Source: a bacterium
GTDB taxonomy: Bacteria; Oederibacteriota; PGYV01
Direction: 5' to 3'
DNA: 64,000 bases
Assembly (NCBI GenBank): GCA_029565735.1
Contig: JAKQNO010000057.1
Location: 5,481 to 69,480 of the forward strand
Shown: in pieces, positions 9,555 through 19,127 of the stretch
Layout: the number at the start of each line of letters is the position of its first letter
How positions within the stretch are numbered: position 1 is the stretch's first letter
Notes under the pieces: model-generated
Databases searched by the model: none
What the model saw: only the letters and a program-made list of their open reading frames with translations
What the model was told of the DNA's origin: nothing
Translations under genes and position numbers: made by a program

Positions 9555-10334
9555 TTATTTCTGCATTTCCGAGGCCAAAAGGATGGCTTCCGCGATTTCT
9601 TTCATGCTTTTGCGGGAATCCATGGACTTTTTGTGTATCGCCTTGTAAGCTTCATCTTCTGTCAATTTTCCGTTTTTCATCAAAACGCCCTTTGCGCGCT
9701 CTATTAACTTGCGCGTTTCAAGCGCCTCTTTTGCCATTAACGCTTCTTCCTTTAAGTTCATATTATCTATACTGATAGCCGCCTGGTTGGCAACAGCGCT
9801 TAATATGCTTATTTCTTCAGAGGTATATTTATGCTTAACAACCGTATAGACATCAATCACACCGATGACCTTGCCGCGCACTTCCATAGGCACCGCAAGC
9901 ATTGATTTCATGCCCTCTTTTTTCATTATTTCCTTATAATAATACCTTGGTTCAGCCTGTATATCATATACGGCTATAGGTTTTTTTGTCTGCACCGCGT
10001 ATCCGGAAATGCCTTCACCCACTTTAAGGGGGCCTTTATCCCTGTACGCCTTGCTAAGCGACTGCGTGGCTATTATTTTAAGCTCCTGTTTCTCTTCATC
10101 CACAAGCATTATGGAACATATTTTTGAATCTGTCATCTGCGCTGTTAAGGTGGCCACAAGGTTAAGTATTTCTTCCAAATACTGTCCGGATACTATTGTC
10201 TTGCTTATTTTGGTAAGCGTCTCTATTTCCATGTTTTTTTCGGCTATTATTTTTTTTAGCCGCGCAATTTCATTGTCTTTTCTTTTGTCTGCCGGCAGTT
10301 TTGCCGCCTGTTCGTTTTCATTTTTATTTGCCAT
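9555..10334 (-). CDS. GAF + ANTAR domain RNA-binding regulator
   Basis: GAF (CSIMLVD...GEGISG...SMLAVPM...VIGVI) and C-terminal ANTAR (LETRKLIERAKGVLM...EDEAYKAIHKKSMDSRKSMKEIAEAIL). Confidence 0.93.
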   Translation of the reverse strand: MANKNENEQAAKLPADKRKDNEIARLKKIIAEKNMEIETLTKISKTIVSGQYLEEILNLVATLTAQMTDSKICSIMLVDEEKQELKIIATQSLSKAYRDKGPLKVGEGISGYAVQTKKPIAVYDIQAEPRYYYKEIMKKEGMKSMLAVPMEVRGKVIGVIDVYTVVKHKYTSEEISILSAVANQAAISIDNMNLKEEALMAKEALETRKLIERAKGVLMKNGKLTEDEAYKAIHKKSMDSRKSMKEIAEAILLASEMQK

Positions 10335-10460
10335 AGTTTTGCCTTCCTTTTGTGCTTTTTAATAAATTTTTTGCCGCAAACTTTCGTATTTTATTACCTG
10401 AAGCCGCGCCTTTTGGCACAGCGCCTTTAAACTTTGGCTGTCGCGCGCCTGAATTTGCCT

Positions 10461-10829
10461 TCATTTGACGGATATACCCTGCTGTTTAAGCAGGTTCTCA
10501 ATCTGTGCAAGGTCCATAACGCCCGCGTTCCTGAAGAACTCATTTCCGTTTTCATCCAGAAAAACAAAAGCCGGTATCCTGTCTATATTGTAAATCTTGG
10601 AAGCTTCATAATCTTCCGGCTTGCCAAGGTCGTACTTGATTATTTTTACTGTTCCCTTATATTTTTTTTCAACCTGCGCGATAATCGGATTCATAAGCGC
10701 GCAGGAACCGCAATGCGAATCAAATTTTTCTATTATAGTAACCTTAAATTTTTCAGGAGTTTTCGAACACGCAAAAATCATAAAAACCGCCGCTGCCGCC
10801 AGACAAAACAAAAATAATCTTTTTTTCAT
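10461..10829 (-). CDS. Exported thioredoxin-family protein, probable lipoprotein
   Basis: Signal peptide ending FAC; CGSC active site; IPAF cis-Pro motif. Confidence 0.82.
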   Translation of the reverse strand: MKKRLFLFCLAAAAVFMIFACSKTPEKFKVTIIEKFDSHCGSCALMNPIIAQVEKKYKGTVKIIKYDLGKPEDYEASKIYNIDRIPAFVFLDENGNEFFRNAGVMDLAQIENLLKQQGISVK

Positions 10830-10831
10830 CT

Positions 10832-12016
10832 TTAATTCTCCTTTTTAACGGCTGTATTATTGTATTGCTCTATCGCTTCCCTGTAAAGCGAAATCATTTT
10901 TTTTGCCATCGCGGATGATTCCCATTCTTTCGCGTGAAGCATGGCTTCTTTTTTCTTCTGCGCGTAAAACTTTTTATCATGAATCATTTTATTTACGGCC
11001 TCTGTAAATTTATCAACCGACAGCTCTGTCAGCATGCCGCCCTTATTTCCCTCCATTACTTCAGCCACGCCCATCCTTTTTACGGCAACTACGGGAACAC
11101 CGGCGGACAGGGCTTCCAGTATAACAAGGCCCTGTGTTTCCGTAACGGATGAAAAAACAAAAATATCGGCAAGCGACAGTATATTCGGCCGCTGTAAATC
11201 CGTATAAGTCCCAAGAAAAAGGACGTATTTTTCCAGCCCCATAACTTTGGCAAGGTCTTTTAACCTTAACTCGTCATAACCTCCGCCCGCCATTATAAGC
11301 TTTATGTCTTTATTTGTCTTAAGCAGCCGTTTTAAAGCGTAAAAAAGAAAATCTATGTTCTTTTCTTTTTCAAGGCGCCCCATGTAAAGCAGATTAATGC
11401 CCTTTTTTATCTGCGGATATTTTTCGCAGAAAATATTGCATATTTTTTTCATCGGCTTTTTCATTTTAATGCCGGTCGGAACAACTTCAATGCGCTCCCT
11501 GACCTTATAGTTTTCCAGAAGTATTTTCATCCTTTTAGTCGGCGCTATCACAAGGTCCATCCTGTTACAGTACCACCGCGAAATCCTGCGCGCCATGCTT
11601 ATGGATATCACCTGCGGGACAAACTGCAGATAATGCACATACGATTCAAAAAGCGTGTGATACGTATGAACAACCGGGCATCCTGTCTGTTTAGCCCAGA
11701 AAATCGCGCTTAACCCAAGTGAAAAAGGCGTCTGTGTGTGAATAATATCAAATTTACGGCCAAGTATCTCTTTTTTTATCTTGGCGCTCATCGAAGGAGA
11801 AAAAGGATTTGAAAACCTGTCCTGGGGGTCAAAAAAAACATGATGCGATTTAATCCTTATTATATGGCTGTCTTTGTCCTTATGCCCCGGAAAATGAGGG
11901 GCGATAATATATACTTCGTGCCCCAGTTTTCTGTATTCTTCCGCGAAATTATCCATTGAAACCGACACTCCGTTAATGCGGGGAAAATAAGTATCGGACA
12001 CAAGCGCTATTTTCAT
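10832..12016 (-). CDS. GT4 family glycosyltransferase (glycolipid synthase-like)
   Basis: DTYFPRINGV, HTQTPFSLG, GRLEKEKN and ETQGLVILEA. Confidence 0.9.
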   Translation of the reverse strand: MKIALVSDTYFPRINGVSVSMDNFAEEYRKLGHEVYIIAPHFPGHKDKDSHIIRIKSHHVFFDPQDRFSNPFSPSMSAKIKKEILGRKFDIIHTQTPFSLGLSAIFWAKQTGCPVVHTYHTLFESYVHYLQFVPQVISISMARRISRWYCNRMDLVIAPTKRMKILLENYKVRERIEVVPTGIKMKKPMKKICNIFCEKYPQIKKGINLLYMGRLEKEKNIDFLFYALKRLLKTNKDIKLIMAGGGYDELRLKDLAKVMGLEKYVLFLGTYTDLQRPNILSLADIFVFSSVTETQGLVILEALSAGVPVVAVKRMGVAEVMEGNKGGMLTELSVDKFTEAVNKMIHDKKFYAQKKKEAMLHAKEWESSAMAKKMISLYREAIEQYNNTAVKKEN

Positions 12017-12081
12017 TTTATATCTTTTTTCCTCTTATAAACGCGGGATAAACCGTTTTTACGGTTTATCCCGCGCCATTT

Positions 12082-13278
12082 TTATTTTTTCTTCTTATAA
12101 CCGTCAATCGCCCTCTGGTAAAGCCCAAGCATTTTCTTTGCCATGGCTTCCGCAGACCAGGACTGAGCGTATTCAAAAGCTTCTTTCTTTTTTTCCGCGT
12201 ATAACTGTTTGTCATCAAGCATTTTAAAGACAGCCGCCGTGAATTCATCAAGGTCGTGTTTTACAAGAAGGCCGCCCTTATTTCCAGCCATTACTTCGGC
12301 AACGCCCATTTCACCCACAGCCACAACAGGAGTACCTACAGCCATTGCCTCGGTAACAACAAGGCCCTGTGTTTCAGTGATTGACGCGAATGTAAACAGG
12401 TCAGCCGCGGCATAGCAGTTAACCCAGTCCTGCGGCTCAAAATATCCAAGGAATATTACGTTGTCAATTACGCCTTCGGCTTTTGCCGCTTCATGTACTT
12501 CGTCTTCGGCAGGGCCTTTTCCCGCCACAATCAGCTTAACATTGGGCTTTACCGCAAGCACTCTTTTTAACATTTTAAACAGGAACGGGATATTTTTTTC
12601 GTGCCCTATCCTTCCCATAAAAAGGAATAATATTGTATCCGCGGGAATATTGAATTTTTTCCTGAAATCATCTCCGTGAAATATTTTGAATTTATCCATC
12701 TTAATACCTGTGGGATTCACTTCCACCGGTTTTGTGACTCCATACTGGACAAGAAGGTCTTTCATCTGGGTGGAAGGCGTGATATTTAAATCCATTTTCT
12801 GGCTGTACCATTTGCTTATCCCTTTGGCAAGCCTTAAAGACATCCACCTTGGCATAAACCTGAAATAATGAATGTATGATTCAAAAAGGGTGTGATATGT
12901 CTGAACAATCGGGCAGTCCATTTTTTTCGCCCATTTTATGGCTTCTATACCCAGCGCAAACGGCGTCTGCGTGTGTATAATATCATATTTTCTTTCAAGT
13001 ATTTCCTGCTTGATTTTAATCCTTGCCGAAGGCAGATAAGGGTTTGGCAGCCTGTCTTCAGGGTCAAAAAACAGGTAATGCGACTTTATTCTTGTAACAA
13101 ATTTTTCCATTGCCTCAGCGTCTGCAAGGTGGTCCGTTTTCCTGTGTGCCGGGAACTCCGGCGCCACAATGTGTGCTTCGTGCCCAAGTTTTCTGAATTC
13201 ATTGGCAAACGTATCTATTGATGTGACAACTCCGTTGACTCTTGGCCTGTATGTATCCGTAACCATTAAAATCTTCAT
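12082..13278 (-). CDS. GT4 family glycosyltransferase (paralog of the downstream gene)
   Basis: DTYRPRVNGV, HTQTPFALG, GRIGHEKN and ETQGLVVTEA. Confidence 0.9.
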   Translation of the reverse strand: MKILMVTDTYRPRVNGVVTSIDTFANEFRKLGHEAHIVAPEFPAHRKTDHLADAEAMEKFVTRIKSHYLFFDPEDRLPNPYLPSARIKIKQEILERKYDIIHTQTPFALGIEAIKWAKKMDCPIVQTYHTLFESYIHYFRFMPRWMSLRLAKGISKWYSQKMDLNITPSTQMKDLLVQYGVTKPVEVNPTGIKMDKFKIFHGDDFRKKFNIPADTILFLFMGRIGHEKNIPFLFKMLKRVLAVKPNVKLIVAGKGPAEDEVHEAAKAEGVIDNVIFLGYFEPQDWVNCYAAADLFTFASITETQGLVVTEAMAVGTPVVAVGEMGVAEVMAGNKGGLLVKHDLDEFTAAVFKMLDDKQLYAEKKKEAFEYAQSWSAEAMAKKMLGLYQRAIDGYKKKK

Positions 13279-13304
13279 GCCAGCCTCCTGTTATCGGGTT
13301 TACT

Positions 13305-14009
13305 TCACCCGTTATCCTGCTTCCTTTTTTCTTCAGTTATCTTTTCCCACGCGTCCCTGATAAGGTGTTCAATATTGGGAAAATTGCCTATATGGTCATG
13401 CCTTACACCTCTTGAAAACCACTGAACAGCCTCGTTATTATTGCCAAGAAGCCTATTTAACTCGCCTATCAGGTAAATTATTCCGGGTTCTCCAATCTTT
13501 TCCGGAATAAAAGTCCCTTTTTCAAAAGTTTTAATGTAGTATTCAAGAGCTTTTTGCATATATTCTTTTTCTTTATCCGTATTCCCGTCTTCCCTGTACA
13601 TCCAAGTTATATGCATGTACAGCCCGGCAATTGTATTGGGATTTTCCGGTTTAAAATGTTTCGCGTAGGTCACAGCCAGAAGGTGTTTTTTTACGGCATC
13701 TTCCGTATTTGTTTCAAGGGTCTCCGCAAAACGCACGTTCTTTTTTGCCGCTTTAACAGCCAGCGCTATCTGAATCACTTCTTTCTGATAATCAAGCATA
13801 ACCTTGTCAAAGTCATCATTCCTCGCCGCAAAATTGCATTCCGGGCATACTGTAACGGCATAAAGCATGGGTTTTACATCTTCATACGTCTTATGAAAGT
13901 CGGTATCAATGCCTTTCACCTTAAGCGATGACGCCTTTACCCTTGCAGTTTTAAAAACCGCTTCACAGGCCGGGCATTTGACCTCTTTAAGCCACAAATA
14001 TCCGCTCAT
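13305..14009 (-). CDS. DUF2225-like protein (Zn-ribbon plus TPR-like helices)
   Basis: CPAC...VCPECNFA, AGLYMHITWMYR and YLIGELNRLLG. Confidence 0.75.
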   Translation of the reverse strand: MSGYLWLKEVKCPACEAVFKTARVKASSLKVKGIDTDFHKTYEDVKPMLYAVTVCPECNFAARNDDFDKVMLDYQKEVIQIALAVKAAKKNVRFAETLETNTEDAVKKHLLAVTYAKHFKPENPNTIAGLYMHITWMYREDGNTDKEKEYMQKALEYYIKTFEKGTFIPEKIGEPGIIYLIGELNRLLGNNNEAVQWFSRGVRHDHIGNFPNIEHLIRDAWEKITEEKRKQDNG

Positions 14010-14018
14010 ATTTTATGA

Positions 14019-15206
14019 TTATCCTTTAAAAAACTCTTCTATTCTGTTTAACCCTTTTTCTATCTTTTCCATTGATGTGGCGTAAGACATTCTGAAATGC
14101 ACGTCGCTTCCAAACGCGACCCCCGGCACAACAGCCACTTTGGCCGATGTTAAAAGCGCGTCAGCAAGGTTCATTGAATTTTCTATTTTAACGCCGTTAA
14201 AGGTTTTGCCTGTAAGCGCGCTGAAATTAGGAAACACATAAAACGCGCCTTCGGGTTCCACGCATGTAAGCCCCGGTATCGCGTTCACCCTCTGAAGGAT
14301 GTACTTTCTTCTTTTGTCAAATTCAGCCACCATTTTATTCACTATAGCAGGGTCTGTCTTTAACGCTTCAATTGCCGCCATCTGCGAAATAGTGGTGGGG
14401 TTTGATGTTGAATGAGACTGAAGGTTGTCCATGGCTTTTACAAGTTCCATATCGTCGGAAGCAATGTAGCCTATCCTCCACCCTGTCATGGCGTGTGATT
14501 TAGACACGCCGTTTACCACAACAGTTTTCGCTTTTGCTTCTTTTGAAAGGGACGCGATGGAAATATGCGTTTTCCCGTTATAAAGATTTTTTTCATAAAT
14601 CTCATCGGATATCATCATTATATTATTTGAAAGGCAGATTTCCGCCAGTTTCTCAAGCGATGCTTTTGAAAGCACGCAGCCCGTCGGGTTTGAAGGCGAA
14701 TTAATTATCATCATTTTTGTCTTTTTAGTTATCTTTGATTTTAAAAGTTCAAAATCAATTTCAAATTTCTTTGATTCATCAAGTTTTACAAGGACAGGCA
14801 CGCCCTGCGCCATATTTACCATTTCAACGTAAGACACCCAGTAAGGCGAGAAAATGATGACTTCATCTCCCGGATTAATTCCCGCCATAAATATATTGTA
14901 AAGCGAGTGTTTGGCGCCGCAGGATACTATTATATTTGCGGGCTTGTATTCAAGTTTATTATCTTCAAGCAGTTTTTTTGCTATCGGATTTTTCAGGTCA
15001 GGCATCCCCGACGAAGGCGTATATTTGGTTTTGTTGTCAATAATGGCTTTTATACCCGCCACTTTAATATTATCCGGGGTGTTAAAATCAGGTTCCCCCG
15101 CTCCAAAACCGACAAGGTCAACCCCGTCCGCTATCATCTGTTTTGCTTTTGCGTCAATTGCCAGCGTGATTGAAGCCTGTACTTTCTTCATCCTGTCAGC
15201 GATCAT
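14019..15206 (-). CDS. Class I PLP-dependent aminotransferase (aspartate aminotransferase-like)
   Basis: GAGEPDF, NSPSNPTG, SDEIYE and SKSHAMTGWRIG. Confidence 0.92.
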   Translation of the reverse strand: MIADRMKKVQASITLAIDAKAKQMIADGVDLVGFGAGEPDFNTPDNIKVAGIKAIIDNKTKYTPSSGMPDLKNPIAKKLLEDNKLEYKPANIIVSCGAKHSLYNIFMAGINPGDEVIIFSPYWVSYVEMVNMAQGVPVLVKLDESKKFEIDFELLKSKITKKTKMMIINSPSNPTGCVLSKASLEKLAEICLSNNIMMISDEIYEKNLYNGKTHISIASLSKEAKAKTVVVNGVSKSHAMTGWRIGYIASDDMELVKAMDNLQSHSTSNPTTISQMAAIEALKTDPAIVNKMVAEFDKRRKYILQRVNAIPGLTCVEPEGAFYVFPNFSALTGKTFNGVKIENSMNLADALLTSAKVAVVPGVAFGSDVHFRMSYATSMEKIEKGLNRIEEFFKG

Positions 15207-15244
15207 TTTTACTTCCTCCGGTTTTTATATATCGTTTATAAAAC

Positions 15245-16147
15245 TTAAAAGTCAGTTATTTTTCTTAATTCTTTTATCCTGTCTTCAATTTTATCCATGC
15301 CCGCTTCAGCCAGCCGGTCAGTGCCAAAACCTTCCACTGTAAACGAAGCAACGGTATTGCCGTAAACCATGGCTTTTTTCAGAACGGTATCGTCAACTTT
15401 GTCCTGCCCCGCGATATAACCGATGAACGCACCGGCAAATGAATCCCCTGCGCCTGTGGGGTCAATTACGTCTTCCACCGGATATGAAGGTATGGAAAAA
15501 TACATCCCTTCAGGCCCTACAATTGAAGCTCCGTGTTCGCCTTTTTTTATGATAACGTATTTAGGCCCAAGTTTTCTTATTTCCCTTGCGGCAAGTATAA
15601 GATTAGCGGTTTTTGTAAACTGCCTAATCTCTGAATCATTCAGGACCACACATGTCACTTTTGAAAATACCTCCGTGACTTCCGCCCTTTTTATATCTAT
15701 CCACAGGTTCATTGTGTCACAGACCGAAAACTTTACTTCTTTCATCTGCTTTAATACTTTAAGCTGAAGTGCGGGGTCAATATTTGCCAGAAACAGGTAC
15801 GGTTTATCTTTATATGAATCCGGAAGGACAGGGTCAAATTTTTCAAATACATTAAGCTCCGTTGTTATAGTATCCCTTGTATTCATATCAAGGTGATAAA
15901 CACCTTCCCAAAAGAACGACTTTCCTTTTTCCCGCTTGACACCCGTTATGTCAACACCCCTGTTTTCAAGCATTTTCAGGTGTTTTTCCTGGAAATCATC
16001 GCCTATTACGCCCACAATACCCGGTTTGGAAAACTTGCACGCAGCCAAAGACGCGTATGTGCAAGCTCCGCCTAATACGCGCTCGCGCCGTTCAAAAGGC
16101 GTGGCAATTGTGTCATAAGCCATTGATCCGACTATAATAAGGGACAT
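15245..16147 (-). CDS. PfkB family carbohydrate kinase
   Basis: DPTGAGDSFAG and KKGEHG; likely start MSLIIVGS at 16147. Confidence 0.9.
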   Translation of the reverse strand: MSLIIVGSMAYDTIATPFERRERVLGGACTYASLAACKFSKPGIVGVIGDDFQEKHLKMLENRGVDITGVKREKGKSFFWEGVYHLDMNTRDTITTELNVFEKFDPVLPDSYKDKPYLFLANIDPALQLKVLKQMKEVKFSVCDTMNLWIDIKRAEVTEVFSKVTCVVLNDSEIRQFTKTANLILAAREIRKLGPKYVIIKKGEHGASIVGPEGMYFSIPSYPVEDVIDPTGAGDSFAGAFIGYIAGQDKVDDTVLKKAMVYGNTVASFTVEGFGTDRLAEAGMDKIEDRIKELRKITDF

Positions 16148-16272
16148 AAACTCTCCGTCATAACATTTAGTATTTACTGTCAAGGCATAAATATAACATT
16201 AACAGTTATACGATTTTATCATTTAAAATAAGGGAAAACAAGGATTTATTATGGTTTAATTACGGCATTTAA

Positions 16273-16638
16273 TTACAACGATGCCAAATAATCCTTTGCC
16301 TGTTCGTTGTTATCTTTTGTTACAATATTTGTCCTTCTGGTAAACATTATTACGCCGTCAACGACAATTCTTTTCATACCGTCAACACCGGTTACAACCG
16401 TCATTTTTACGTACGGTTTATTCTTTTCTGCAAATTCACGAAGATAGTTGGTTATTTCCCTGTTAAAAGGGCTGTTTGATATATCCAGTATGGTCAATAC
16501 CGAACCCGGCTGTTCTTTTCTTATCATAGGTTCAGCTTCTTTCAATGCGGCAATACTTTCATTGTAATCCGTTGTGTTAGAAAGATCCATAAAGACAATC
16601 CTTTTACCTTTGTGATTAATAACAGAACTTCCGGCCAT
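16273..16638 (-). CDS. Small hypothetical protein, possibly STAS/SEC14-like
   Basis: 121-aa ORF with RBS and an alpha/beta pattern (IVFMDLS...VLTILDIS...TVVTG). Confidence 0.55.
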   Translation of the reverse strand: MAGSSVINHKGKRIVFMDLSNTTDYNESIAALKEAEPMIRKEQPGSVLTILDISNSPFNREITNYLREFAEKNKPYVKMTVVTGVDGMKRIVVDGVIMFTRRTNIVTKDNNEQAKDYLASL

Positions 16639-16662
16639 TTATTATACCCCCTGATAAATTTT

Positions 16663-16739
16663 TGGTAGGCCGGAACGGATTTGAACCGCCGACTTCCATC
16701 GTGTGAGGATGGCACTCTAACCAGCTGAGTTACCGGCCT
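16663..16739 (-). tRNA. tRNA-Val(CAC)
   Basis: AGGCCGG/CCGGCCT acceptor stem, CCATC-CTCACAC-GATGG anticodon arm, TTCAAAT T-loop, encoded CCA. Confidence 0.95.
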
Positions 16740-16779
16740 ACCTTGTCATGATTTGATTATATCCATAAACAATAATCTG

Positions 16780-17547
16780 TCAACGCATTAAATCCGTAAG
16801 TTTAATTTCGGGATTATGGTATCTTTCGTATTTTGCTGTCTTTTTCCCAAATTGTATCGCCTTCTGCGGGCACCACTGAATGCAGGCAAGGCACTGGTGG
16901 CATTTATGATTCCATACAGGCCTGTTATCCTTAAAAGTGATATTTTCAGCCGGGCATATTTTACCGCATATTCCGCAGCCGTTGCATTTATCATCTGCCC
17001 AAAAACTTTTATCCATCATCGGAACATATTTAACGGCGCTTTTATAAATCCATGTATAAATTATCCTCTGCCAAAGCGGGCCTTTGTCTATCCTGCCTGA
17101 ACTGCCGGCCTTAATATAATCCGCGGCTTCGGAAATTATTGATTCCGCCCTTTTCATCAGCCCAAGTATCTGTTCTTTTGTGCCGGGCCCTCCCCACGGA
17201 ATGTAATTGCTTTCAAGCGGAACATCAAATCCCGCGGACAGTTTTATCCCTTCATTTTTTAATATTTCATTCAGTTGTATCAGCGTCCTTGAAACTTCGC
17301 CCGCGTTTACGGCAGCGGCAAAGTAATATTTATAAGGATTTTTAGTGAGTTTTTTAATGAATTCCAGCACCATGTATGGAACTCCCCACATGTGCACAGG
17401 AAAAATAAATCCGATTCTGCCGGCATCGCCTTGCACCCCGCCGGAAACCATCGGAATAAGTTCTGTATCCCCAAGTTTTTCCGCAAATTTTTTTGCCGTC
17501 CAAAGCGAATTTCCCGTCCCTGAATACCAGTAAATAATTGTGTTCAT
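16780..17547 (-). CDS. EFR1-family flavodoxin-ferredoxin fusion
   Basis: YSGTGNSL flavodoxin start; CNGCGICGKICP and CHQCLACIQWCP. Confidence 0.88.
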   Translation of the reverse strand: MNTIIYWYSGTGNSLWTAKKFAEKLGDTELIPMVSGGVQGDAGRIGFIFPVHMWGVPYMVLEFIKKLTKNPYKYYFAAAVNAGEVSRTLIQLNEILKNEGIKLSAGFDVPLESNYIPWGGPGTKEQILGLMKRAESIISEAADYIKAGSSGRIDKGPLWQRIIYTWIYKSAVKYVPMMDKSFWADDKCNGCGICGKICPAENITFKDNRPVWNHKCHQCLACIQWCPQKAIQFGKKTAKYERYHNPEIKLTDLMR

Positions 17548-17696
17548 TTTTTAACCTGCTTTTAAAATACAATCCGGCGCCGGCTGCGGTATATTTTCAA
17601 AAAGCCTGCAATATATTACCGGATTATAAAATGGATTTTAAACCATAATGATTATAACAGAATAAACCGGAAAACCGGCAGGAAAAACAAACGGAT

Positions 17697-17990
17697 TTAT
17701 TTATCAAGGCCTTTAAGAAATTTTTCTATCATGCACGCTTTTTCATATATTTCAGGAAGGTGTTTTCTGTCGCCCGTTTTTGATTTTTCTATTAATTCCG
17801 CAATCACACCCTTAGCCGGCGTGGCATCCATTGCTTCCGGAACCCTAAAAGCGGAACAGACACGCAGCATTCCGGTTTCCCATCTTAACTGGTCTTGGTT
17901 TTTATCATCAATTGGGGCATTTACATCTTTATTATCCCTGTAAATTTCAAGCCAGGTCTGAAGGTTTTCGGTAAATTCCTGGGTATCCAT
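17697..17990 (-). CDS. Hypothetical helical protein
   Basis: 97-aa ORF with AGGAG RBS; aligns with its upstream neighbour. Confidence 0.65.
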   Translation of the reverse strand: MDTQEFTENLQTWLEIYRDNKDVNAPIDDKNQDQLRWETGMLRVCSAFRVPEAMDATPAKGVIAELIEKSKTGDRKHLPEIYEKACMIEKFLKGLDK

Positions 17991-18000
17991 TTATTCTCCT

Positions 18001-18321
18001 TCAGAATATAAAATTATTTTTCTTTCCTTTTTTTGAGGCCGAAGATTCTTCTATATACTTTTTAATTTCCCTGACCATTTCAAAAACCACATCAATTTTT
18101 GAACAATCAAGCAATGCGGCAAAAGAAACAGCCTTATTTAAAAAGGCCTCAGCCGGCGTCCCTTTGAATTCCGAGGATATATTTAAAACAGAGACCACCT
18201 TTAACAGGTTGACCCCTTGTTTCTGATCCGCATAATTGTATTGAAGCACACGGTTATTAAACTGAAGATATACTGTATCCAATAACGTAACCGCTTCGTA
18301 CAGCTCTTCTTTTGTCATCAA
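18001..18321 (-). CDS. Hypothetical helical protein
   Basis: 106-aa ORF with AGGAAGG RBS, downstream of a consensus promoter. Confidence 0.65.
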   Translation of the reverse strand: MMTKEELYEAVTLLDTVYLQFNNRVLQYNYADQKQGVNLLKVVSVLNISSEFKGTPAEAFLNKAVSFAALLDCSKIDVVFEMVREIKKYIEESSASKKGKKNNFIF

Positions 18322-18381
18322 TAACCTTCCTTAATATTTAGAATATAATTATTTAATTATGTTAGTTATTTTGTCAAATTA

Positions 18382-18410
18382 ATTATATACCTTAATAAAA
18401 AGAATGTCAA
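18382..18410 (-). promoter_or_regulatory. Perfect sigma70 consensus promoter
   Basis: TTGACA-17nt-TATAAT on the minus strand. Confidence 0.75.
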
Positions 18411-18523
18411 TTACAAACATTCAACTTATCATTTAATCATTTGAGTAAATTAATTATATTTTACTTTCAGGTTTCTGTCAACAGATAAAATATGGCCCGC
18501 ATATTCTGATTTAAAACAGGGTA

Positions 18524-19117
18524 TTAACGGAGGAAATAATTGGAACCGTAAGCGTCCTTAAGTGTAAATGGCTGCCCATGTCCGGGGTATACAATTAAAT
18601 TCTTATCCAGACGTTCAAACACTTTAAGCGATTCTTTAAGCATGCGCGGATTGCCTGACGGCAGGTCTGTCCTTCCCACAGTGTCATAAAATAACGTGTC
18701 TCCGGAAAACAGGCAGTCATCCTTTATAATTATCATGCAGCCGCCGGTGTGCCCGGGCGTATGCATATATTTAAATCCTTTTACAAACCCCTCTTCCCCT
18801 TCAATGTAATTTATATTTTTCAGGGATATACCCGAACCCATGTAGGAAGAAAGGTTATAAGCCGGAGTTTGAATAAGCTCTTTTTCACTGATGTGCGCGT
18901 AAATTATTGAAGGTTCAAAATTATGGGCTGAAATAATATGGTCATAATGTCCGTGCGTAAGAAAAACATACTCCGCAGAGAGGTTATTTGTGGCAAGCAC
19001 CCCTTTAATACTTTCATAATCCGCGCCCGGATCAATTATTACAGCTTTATTTGTGCCTGTTTCGGCTATATAAGTATTTTCCCCATAGTCTTCAGATACA
19101 AGAGTGTGAACTTTCAT
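18524..19117 (-). CDS. MBL-fold metallo-hydrolase (glyoxalase II-like)
   Basis: THGHYDHI, TPGHT, FSGDTLF and YPGHG; start set at MKVHTL. Confidence 0.9.
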   Translation of the reverse strand: MKVHTLVSEDYGENTYIAETGTNKAVIIDPGADYESIKGVLATNNLSAEYVFLTHGHYDHIISAHNFEPSIIYAHISEKELIQTPAYNLSSYMGSGISLKNINYIEGEEGFVKGFKYMHTPGHTGGCMIIIKDDCLFSGDTLFYDTVGRTDLPSGNPRMLKESLKVFERLDKNLIVYPGHGQPFTLKDAYGSNYFLR

Positions 19118-19127
19118 TACAAATATA

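Noticed and set aside
16273-16739. Genomic island integrated at tRNA-Val (or at tRNA-Gln)
   Set aside because: No integrase and no duplicated tRNA 3' end seen in the window.
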